Shown here: in pieces, positions 1 through 6,435 of the stretch
How positions within the stretch are numbered: position 1 is the first letter of the stretch
Layout of the letters: each line of letters opens with the position of its first letter
Assembly: GCA_038874655.1 (NCBI GenBank)
Contig: JAVZBY010000006.1
Span: forward strand, 31,041-45,575
DNA: 14,535 nucleotides
Source: Candidatus Woesearchaeota archaeon
Lineage (GTDB): Archaea; Nanobdellota; Nanobdellia; Woesearchaeales; GW2011-AR15
Direction: 5' to 3'
Notes under the pieces: model-generated
Databases searched by the model: none
What the model saw: only the letters and a program-made list of their open reading frames with translations
What the model was told of the DNA's origin: nothing
Program-made: the position numbers and the translations under genes

Positions 1-1
1 A

Positions 2-64
2 GAATTTTCGTCTGCAATCATTATTGTTGTTGCTTTAGCTTATAACAAAATATATAAAAAATAA
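2..64 (+). CDS. 3' end of an upstream gene, truncated by the window edge (…EFSSAIIIVVALAYNKIYKK*); probably a membrane protein
   Basis: Manual translation from base 2 is open to TAA at 62-64, 5 nt before the hypD ATG; hydrophobic stretch followed by a basic tail. Only 20 codons visible. Confidence 0.45.
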   Translation, partial: EFSSAIIIVVALAYNKIYKK

Positions 65-69
65 AAAAA

Positions 70-1176
70 ATGCTTGAAAATAAAGACATAATTGAAAACC
101 ATTTGAAAAAAATTAATGAATTAAGTTATAAATTAAATAGACAAATTACATTAATGGAAGTGTGTGGTGGTCATACAAATGTTATTATGAAATATGGAAT
201 TAGAGACATTCTTCCAAAAAATATTAAATTGATTTCTGGCCCTGGTTGTCCTGTTTGTGTTACTAGCCAAAAAGATATTGATTGTGCAATAGAATTGGCA
301 TTTTCAGGAATTATAATAGCAACATATGGCGATATGTTAAAAGTTCCTGGCTCTTATATGAACTTAGAAGAAGCAAAAGCAAAAACAGGAAATATAATTG
401 AAATTTATTCAACAACAGATGTTTTAGAACTAAAAAAAGAATTTGAAAGAAAAAATAAAGAAATTGTTTTTTTTGGAGTCGGTTTTGAAACAACAGCGCC
501 AATGACTTCATATTTATTAAAAAATAATGTATGTGTTTATTCTGTCCATAAAATAATGCCACCTGCTTTAAAATTTTTAGTTAGCCATGATAAATTAAAA
601 ATAGATGGTTTTATTAGCCCAGGACATGTTAGCACAATAATAGGAAAAACTGCCTATGAGGATTTAAAAATTCCACAAGTTATAACTGGTTTTAGCCCAG
701 AACAAATATTAAGAGGAATTTCTATTTTAATAGAACTAATAATTAAAGAAAAAAATATTGTTTTCAATGCCTATCCTGAGGTTGTTAAAGATACTGGAAA
801 TGAAGTTGCGAAAAAACTTTTAGAAGAGACATTTTATATTGTTGATTCTGAATGGCGTGGTATTGGATTAATAGAAAAGTCTGGATTAGAAGTAAAAAAT
901 TCTAAATTAAATGCAAAAATAAAATACAAAGATATTTTAAAAAATGTAAAAATTAGTGAGGAAAAAGAATGCTTAACTTGTAAAGTGGATTTAATAAATA
1001 GCACAAATATGAATTTAAATGAAGAAAAACCTAGATGCGGTGAAGTTTTATTGGGCTTAATACAACCAAAAGAATGTCCCTTATATAAAGTAAAATGCAC
1101 ACCTTTAACACCTAGAGGAGCTTGTATGGTATCTGAAGAAGGCTCTTGTGCTATTGCTTTTAGGTATGATAATTAA
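70..1176 (+). CDS. hypD: [NiFe]-hydrogenase maturation protein HypD
   Basis: Motifs MEVCGGHT, GPGCPVC, GFETT, PGHVS and C-terminal Cys cluster RCGEVLLG…CPLY…CTP…GACMVSEEGSC; adjacent to hypE. Confidence 0.97.
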   Translation: MLENKDIIENHLKKINELSYKLNRQITLMEVCGGHTNVIMKYGIRDILPKNIKLISGPGCPVCVTSQKDIDCAIELAFSGIIIATYGDMLKVPGSYMNLEEAKAKTGNIIEIYSTTDVLELKKEFERKNKEIVFFGVGFETTAPMTSYLLKNNVCVYSVHKIMPPALKFLVSHDKLKIDGFISPGHVSTIIGKTAYEDLKIPQVITGFSPEQILRGISILIELIIKEKNIVFNAYPEVVKDTGNEVAKKLLEETFYIVDSEWRGIGLIEKSGLEVKNSKLNAKIKYKDILKNVKISEEKECLTCKVDLINSTNMNLNEEKPRCGEVLLGLIQPKECPLYKVKCTPLTPRGACMVSEEGSCAIAFRYDN

Positions 1177-1198
1177 TTAAAATTTTTTGTATATAAAG

Positions 1199-1216
1199 TG
1201 TTAAAAATTTTTAACA
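1199..1216. promoter_or_regulatory. Perfect 18-bp palindrome TGTTAAAAATTTTTAACA between hypD and hypE; possible operator
   Basis: Exactly self-complementary; ends 10 bp upstream of a TATA-like box. AT-rich, so chance is possible. Confidence 0.35.
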
Positions 1217-1221
1217 TATGT

Positions 1222-1234
1222 AAAACTTTATTAA
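1222..1234 (+). promoter_or_regulatory. Putative BRE/TATA promoter of hypE
   Basis: AAAAC-TTTATTAA with the TATA-like part 26-33 nt before the ATG at 1260. Confidence 0.4.
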
Positions 1235-1259
1235 CATTAAAGCAATATAAAATATAAAA

Positions 1260-2228
1260 ATGTCAGAAATAAATTTAGCACATGGCTCAGGCTCAAAAGA
1301 AATGCATTCATTAATAAAATTGTTTGATTTTTTTAGAGGTAGTTGGAAAAATTTTGATAATGATTCAGCTACCTATGAATTAGATAATGAAAATATTTTA
1401 GTTTTTACCACTGATTCTTTTGTTGTTAATCCTATTTTTTTCCCTAATGCAAATATTGGACATTTGGCTTTTTCCGGAACATGTAATGATTTATTAGTAA
1501 TGGGCTCAAAACCATTAGGTTTAAGTTTAGCTTTTGTTATTGAAGAAGGTTTTTCTATTGAAGATTTAAAAAAAATTATTGATACATTAAAAGAACTTTC
1601 TTTAAAATACAAAATTCCTATTGTTACTGGCGACACCAAAGTAATGGAAAAGGGTAAAATTGACAAAATCATAATAAACACGAGTGGCATTGGACTATGT
1701 AAAAAAAATGAATTATTAACTAAAAAAATTGAAATTGGTGATAAATTAATAATCTCTGGTAGTTTAGGTGAGCATGCTGTTGCTTTATTATCAAAAAGAT
1801 TTAATTATGAAACAGATATTATTTCTGATTCAAAACCTTTAGTAGAGGAATTTAATGAAATTAGAGGTTTAATAAAACAAGCAAAAGATCCAACAAGAGG
1901 TGGAATTGCTTCTGTTTTAAATGAAATTGTTGAAAAAAATAATTTAGGATTTTTAATTGATGAAGAAAAAATTCCTGTAAAAAAAGAAGTGAAAAAAGTT
2001 GTTGAATTATTAGGCATAAATTTATATGAACTAGCATCAGAAGGCAGATTTTTATGCATTGTTAGTAAGGATAATTCTGAATTAGTTTTAAAAAAATTAA
2101 AGAAATTTAATGAAAGTGCTGAAATTATTGGCGAAGTAATTGAAGAAAAAAAGGTTATTCTAAAAACATTTTTAGGAAATAGAATTTTAGGCATGCCCTC
2201 TGGAAGAATTGTGCCAAGGATTTGCTAA
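1260..2228 (+). CDS. hypE: Hydrogenase maturation carbamoyl dehydratase HypE
   Basis: LAHGSG, TTDSFVVNPIFFP, GDTKV, DPTRGG, ASEG motifs and diagnostic C-terminal PRIC. Confidence 0.97.
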   Translation: MSEINLAHGSGSKEMHSLIKLFDFFRGSWKNFDNDSATYELDNENILVFTTDSFVVNPIFFPNANIGHLAFSGTCNDLLVMGSKPLGLSLAFVIEEGFSIEDLKKIIDTLKELSLKYKIPIVTGDTKVMEKGKIDKIIINTSGIGLCKKNELLTKKIEIGDKLIISGSLGEHAVALLSKRFNYETDIISDSKPLVEEFNEIRGLIKQAKDPTRGGIASVLNEIVEKNNLGFLIDEEKIPVKKEVKKVVELLGINLYELASEGRFLCIVSKDNSELVLKKLKKFNESAEIIGEVIEEKKVILKTFLGNRILGMPSGRIVPRIC

Positions 2229-2250
2229 TTATAAAAGTTATATTATTTTT

Positions 2251-2871
2251 TTATTTTAATTTTTCAAACCTCCAACAACCTACTTTAATTTTCTTAACTT
2301 TTTTTTCATGAAATTCCATTGTGTTTTTTAATGGAAAGTCAAATTCAAAATAATTAGTAATAAGAAAATTATTGTCTTTTGAAATTGCTTCAATAAATCT
2401 TTTACTTTCTATTTTATGAAAACTATAAATTATATTTGATATTTGAAATGCTTTTTCTAAAAATATTTTATCTGCATGTTCTTTTTTTGTTCCAAAAGGT
2501 GGATTTTGAATTACTAAATCAACTTTTTGATTAAAGTTTTTAACATCACTCAAAACAATTTCATAATTTTTTAAAGCCATTAATTTTAAGTTATTGTCTA
2601 AATTTTTTAGTTGCCTTTCATCTATATCAACAAAATAAACTTTTTTTGCTTTCATAAACAAACATCCTATTCCTAAAATTCCTGTTCCACAACCTAAATC
2701 AGCTATAACTTTATTATCTAAATCTCCTAATTGATAAGCATTCCATATAACTTCTGCAGCAATCTCAGAATCAGTTGAGTATTGCTCTAATCTAAAAGAT
2801 GGTTTTTCAAATGCTTTTAACCTTGATAATAAAACTGCCAATTGTTTTTTTGAAACAATATTATAATCCAT
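2251..2871 (-). CDS. METTL5-family SAM-dependent (probably RNA N6-adenine) methyltransferase
   Basis: LEQYxT motif, SAM-binding DLGCGTG, catalytic NPPFG, IYSFHK, FHEKK; 206 aa fits archaeal METTL5 homologues. Confidence 0.9.
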   Translation of the reverse strand: MDYNIVSKKQLAVLLSRLKAFEKPSFRLEQYSTDSEIAAEVIWNAYQLGDLDNKVIADLGCGTGILGIGCLFMKAKKVYFVDIDERQLKNLDNNLKLMALKNYEIVLSDVKNFNQKVDLVIQNPPFGTKKEHADKIFLEKAFQISNIIYSFHKIESKRFIEAISKDNNFLITNYFEFDFPLKNTMEFHEKKVKKIKVGCWRFEKLK

Positions 2872-2893
2872 TTTATGATTAAAAATTAAGATG

Positions 2894-2907
2894 TTTAAAA
2901 AAGTTGT
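2894..2907 (-). promoter_or_regulatory. Putative BRE/TATA promoter of the METTL5-family gene
   Basis: Minus strand ACAACT-TTTTTAAA, TATA-like part 23-30 nt before the ATG at 2871. Confidence 0.4.
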
Positions 2908-2964
2908 CTTAAAAAAGTTAATAAAAATATTTATTCAAAATAAAAAATTAAATGAAAAATTATA

Positions 2965-2978
2965 CAAAATTATAAAAA
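2965..2978 (+). promoter_or_regulatory. Putative BRE/TATA promoter of dedA
   Basis: CAAAA-TTATAAAAA, TATA-like part 23-31 nt before the ATG at 3001; divergent from the METTL5 gene. Confidence 0.4.
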
Positions 2979-3000
2979 CATAAACTAATTTTTAAAAAAT

Positions 3001-3648
3001 ATGTTTTCAGAATTAAGCAATTGGCTTTTAGAGTTAATTAAAACACATGGTATTTTAGCTGTTGTTATTGGTGTTGCACTTGAAACAATAATTGTTCCTA
3101 TTCCTAGTCCTTTAATTTTAATGGCGGCTGGCTATATTTTAATACCCCATACAACTTTATTAGAAATTTTAAGTAAATCCATTTTAATTGCTTTTGTTGC
3201 TGGCTTAGCCCAAACTATTGGTTCTTTTTTATTATATATTCCTGGCTATTATATAGGAAAACCATTTATACAAAAGTATGAAAAATATCATGGAATTAGC
3301 TGGAAAGAAATACAGCATTTTCAAAAAAAATTTGATTCAACAAAAGAAGAGATTGCAATATTCTTTTTAAGAGCATTGCCTATAATTCCCTTATCTATTA
3401 TCTCTGGTTTGTCAGGAATAATGAAAATAGATCTAAAAAAATATACTATTGCTACATTTTTAGGTTTACTTCCAAGAAATTTAATTTTAATCTTTTCTGG
3501 ATTTTTTTTAGGTGAATTTTATATTACCATAGGAAAAAAAATTGACCATGCTGAAACAATAATGACACTTATCATTCTATTTTTAATTATTTTATATATT
3601 GTTATGCATAAAACAGGAACAATTGATAAAATTAGAAAAAAAATTTAA
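3001..3648 (+). CDS. dedA: DedA/VTT (SNARE-associated) family membrane protein; candidate polyprenyl-phosphate flippase
   Basis: LETIIVPIPS (E-x-P-x-PS re-entrant motif), IGSFLLYIPGYYIG, FFLRALPIIP, SGIMKIDLKKYTIATFLGLLP; several hydrophobic segments. Confidence 0.88.
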   Translation: MFSELSNWLLELIKTHGILAVVIGVALETIIVPIPSPLILMAAGYILIPHTTLLEILSKSILIAFVAGLAQTIGSFLLYIPGYYIGKPFIQKYEKYHGISWKEIQHFQKKFDSTKEEIAIFFLRALPIIPLSIISGLSGIMKIDLKKYTIATFLGLLPRNLILIFSGFFLGEFYITIGKKIDHAETIMTLIILFLIILYIVMHKTGTIDKIRKKI

Positions 3649-3726
3649 ATTAGAAAAATATAAAAAATAAAGATACAGATTATTAATTAGATTATTGTTT
3701 TATTAAAATAAAATTTTATTAAGAAA

Positions 3727-4305
3727 ATGATGAAAAAAAGAAAAATCTATTATTTTGGTGTTTTTATTATAATTAGTTTTTTCTTTGATGAGATTATAAG
3801 CAAATTTGTTTTAGGTTTCAAAGATCCTTTTCTAATAAAGTTAATGGAATGGTTTTCTCATGAAATAACTGTCTTTGCTATTCTAATAATAATAAGTTCA
3901 TTATTTTTATATGAAGAGAGAAAAAATAATTATATTCCATTGTTATTCATAAGCTTTTTTACCTCATTAATTTTAAGTTATTTATTAAAATTTCTTATTA
4001 TGCGAGAAAGACCTTTTGGAATGGATTATACTATAATCTCAATATTCAATTTTATTTTAAAAATTCCAAATTATAGTTTTCCTAGTTCACATGCAGCAAT
4101 GGCTTTTTCTGTTTTGCCAATTTTAGATAGGGAATTTAAAAAATTAAAATTATTTTGGATATTTTTTGTAATAATGATTTGCATAAGTAGATTATATTTA
4201 AATCAGCATTATTTAAGTGATGTTGTTGCTGGTGCATTTTTAGGTTATTTATCTGGATATTATACTTTAAGAATCGGTGAGAAACATAATGTTAAACACT
4301 TATGA
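3727..4305 (+). CDS. PAP2-family membrane lipid (pyro)phosphate phosphatase
   Basis: All three PAP2 motifs: KFLIMRERP (Kx6RP), SFPSSH (variant of PSGH), SRLYLNQHYLSD (SRx5Hx3D). Confidence 0.93.
   Translation: MMKKRKIYYFGVFIIISFFFDEIISKFVLGFKDPFLIKLMEWFSHEITVFAILIIISSLFLYEERKNNYIPLLFISFFTSLILSYLLKFLIMRERPFGMDYTIISIFNFILKIPNYSFPSSHAAMAFSVLPILDREFKKLKLFWIFFVIMICISRLYLNQHYLSDVVAGAFLGYLSGYYTLRIGEKHNVKHL
4276..4280 (+). promoter_or_regulatory. Shine-Dalgarno GGTGA for the lipid kinase gene, embedded in the PAP2 3' end
   Basis: GGTGA 8 nt upstream of the in-frame ATG at 4289. Confidence 0.6.
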
Positions 4306-4879
4306 AATAAGAAGAAAAATTTTTCATGTATTTTCAGGAATAACTATAACTTTATTAATAAACAACATAGAAAAAAATATTTTATTAGTTTCATTAATTA
4401 TTTTATTAGTTATAGCCATTATTTTAAGTGTTATTGTAAAATATTTAAAACCAAGCATAATAACATATTTATTAAAATTATTTGATAAACCTAAAGATTT
4501 TGAAAAATTCCCTGGAAAAGGTGCTATCTATTTTTTAATCGGCACACTTATAACTATATTTTTTTTTGAAAAGAATATTGCCTCTGCTTCAATAATGATA
4601 TTAACATTTGGAGATCCCTTCGCACATATAATAGCAAGATATTATGGAAAAACAAAATTAATAATAAATGAAAAAAAAGTTTTAGAAGGCACTATTGCAG
4701 GCATAATTGCAGGAACAATTGCAGCTTCTCTTTTTATTCCTTGGCAAATTGCTTTTTTTGGCTCCTGCTTTGGTATGATAGCTGAGGCAATTGAACTAGA
4801 ATTCTTAAACTGGGATGATAATTTTTATATTCCAGTAGTTGCTGGATTTGTTATTACTATAATAAAAAAAACATTATAA
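4289..4879 (+). CDS. CTP-dependent isoprenoid-alcohol/lipid kinase, SEC59/DGK1/VTE5 (dolichol/phytol/diacylglycerol kinase) family; start revised from GTG 4277 to ATG 4289 (196 aa)
   Basis: EIRRKIFH, GDPFAHIIARYYG…KKVLEGTIAG (variant of KKS/TxEG) and DDNFYIP motifs; polytopic; overlaps PAP2 by 17 nt. Confidence 0.85.
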   Translation: MLNTYEIRRKIFHVFSGITITLLINNIEKNILLVSLIILLVIAIILSVIVKYLKPSIITYLLKLFDKPKDFEKFPGKGAIYFLIGTLITIFFFEKNIASASIMILTFGDPFAHIIARYYGKTKLIINEKKVLEGTIAGIIAGTIAASLFIPWQIAFFGSCFGMIAEAIELEFLNWDDNFYIPVVAGFVITIIKKTL

Positions 4880-4910
4880 AAAAAATTATAAAAATATAAA
4901 AAAATCAAAA

Positions 4911-5210
4911 TTATTTTTTCTGTCTCCCAGTTATAATCAAATTCCCAGGTTTTCCTTTTTCTTCTTCTACTTCAATATACTCTAAATCATTAATCAAAAT
5001 ATCAGAACCTGCTAATAAAAAACTTAAATCTAATCCTTTAAAAACTATTTTATGTATTTTTTTATAATCATCTATAAATTTATCTGGAACAGCATCAGGT
5101 TTTTTATGAGGATCATTTATTGAAAAAAGATGTATAAAAACAGGACCATTCCCATCTTCATCTCTTTTTCCAGCTCTTCCAATTATTGCGCTTTTTGTTG
5201 TATATCTCAT
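4911..5210 (-). CDS. Hypothetical soluble protein, 99 aa
   Basis: ATG-led ORF filling the gap between two genes, protein-like composition, TATA-like TTTAAAAA at 5237-5244 upstream and T-tracts downstream on the minus strand. No family recognised. Confidence 0.75.
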   Translation of the reverse strand: MRYTTKSAIIGRAGKRDEDGNGPVFIHLFSINDPHKKPDAVPDKFIDDYKKIHKIVFKGLDLSFLLAGSDILINDLEYIEVEEEKGKPGNLIITGRQKK

Positions 5211-5275
5211 TTTATAAAAATAATAAAATTTACTTATTTTTAAATTTATTTTTAACTAAATTTTAAACTAATTAT

Positions 5276-5281
5276 AAAAAA
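5276..5281 (-). terminator. Possible oligo-T terminator after rpoA''
   Basis: T6 on the minus strand 1 nt after the rpoA'' stop codon. Confidence 0.3.
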
Positions 5282-5282
5282 T

Positions 5283-6425
5283 TTATTTTTTATTTTTTTG
5301 TGTTTTCATCACAACTTCAGGCAACCCTGTTCCAACAGGGACTGGTTGATTTATCATTACATTTTCTACTACACTATTCAATGGATCAACTTCTCCAACA
5401 ATAGCTGCATCAACCATATGCTTAATTGGTGTTTCAAATGATGCTCTTGCCAATACAGAACCTTTATCACTAACAACTCCATATCTTGTTATACCTCTAA
5501 CTCTGCCTGAAAAAGTCATTATATCTGCTACCAGCATTATATGTCTTATATCTACATTTAAACCTTGGTCTTCTATTACTTTATAAACCTCTTTTATAAT
5601 TGCTTGTCTTGCTGCCTCAATTCCTAAAATATCTTCTATTTCAAAAACATTATTTGTTGTAGTTCTTGTTTTATCAACATAAGGCAAACTTAAAACATCT
5701 TTTAAATTTGATCCTGAGGTAATTATAACAAATTCATTTTCTCTTTTTACTGGCAACACTTGTAAAATACCTTTAACACCAGAAACATAAATCTCTTTTA
5801 TTCTATCTTTTAATTTATAAAATTCTGCAACATTTTCTATTTGATTTTTTGCTTTTATTGTTACAACATTATCCTTTTCTTTAATAGAATATCCTTTAAT
5901 ATTTTTTTCTAAAATTTTTATTAAAGAATCTATCTTTAAATTTACTCTTTTTACTTTTGCATCATCTAATAAAATTGTAATTATTCCTTCTGTAATTTCC
6001 ATATTTATTTCTTTAATAAAATCCTTAAATTGTGTTTGTTTTATTGACTCTGCAATATCTTTTATATTCTCTCCTTTAGAATATGGCTCTTTCAAATAAA
6101 TTTCCATCATTGGAGTACTAATATTTCTTCTACCATCTAATATCTCAATAATTCTTGGCAAACCTACTGTAACATTGAATTCAGAGACACCTGCAAAGTG
6201 GAAAGTATTTAATGTCATTTGAGTTCCTGGTTCTCCAATTGATTGAGCACTTACTAAACCTACAGATTCACCTGGTTCAATTAAAGAGGTTTTATATTCT
6301 TCATAAACCTTTTCCATTATTTTTTTTAATTGTGTTTTTGTAATTTTTTCAGGTAAGTTTTCTTTAACATCTTCAATTAATTTTAAAGGAAGTTTATCAA
6401 CATATTCATTAAATACTTCATCCAT
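5283..6425 (-). CDS. rpoA2: DNA-directed RNA polymerase subunit A'' (Rpo1C)
   Basis: [30 protein letters not shown] (trigger loop), [43 protein letters not shown]. Confidence 0.98.
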   Translation of the reverse strand: MDEVFNEYVDKLPLKLIEDVKENLPEKITKTQLKKIMEKVYEEYKTSLIEPGESVGLVSAQSIGEPGTQMTLNTFHFAGVSEFNVTVGLPRIIEILDGRRNISTPMMEIYLKEPYSKGENIKDIAESIKQTQFKDFIKEINMEITEGIITILLDDAKVKRVNLKIDSLIKILEKNIKGYSIKEKDNVVTIKAKNQIENVAEFYKLKDRIKEIYVSGVKGILQVLPVKRENEFVIITSGSNLKDVLSLPYVDKTRTTTNNVFEIEDILGIEAARQAIIKEVYKVIEDQGLNVDIRHIMLVADIMTFSGRVRGITRYGVVSDKGSVLARASFETPIKHMVDAAIVGEVDPLNSVVENVMINQPVPVGTGLPEVVMKTQKNKK

Positions 6426-6429
6426 ATTA

Positions 6430-6435
6430 TCACCC
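6430..6435 (-). promoter_or_regulatory. Shine-Dalgarno GGGTGA for rpoA''
   Basis: Minus strand TAGGGTGATAAT-ATG, overlapping the rpoA' stop. Confidence 0.7.

Noticed and set aside
973-1032. HypD insertion as a bulge-helix-bulge intron
   Set aside because: In frame, no stop codon, and I found no convincing BHB pairing at the ends.
311-2194. Minus-strand ORFs 311-562, 834-1100, 1373-1690, 1805-2194
   Set aside because: Antisense shadows of hypD and hypE with F/S/L/I-rich composition and no motifs.
3698-3722. Inverted/direct repeats TTTTATT-AA-AATAAAA before PAP2
   Set aside because: A/T only, expected by chance in these intergenic regions.
4277-4288. GTG start for the lipid kinase
   Set aside because: The GTG is part of the GGTGA SD; ATG 4289 is properly spaced from it.
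4875-4910. Short TATAAAAA-type tandem repeats between convergent genes
   Set aside because: Low-complexity terminator-like sequence; no spacers, not CRISPR.
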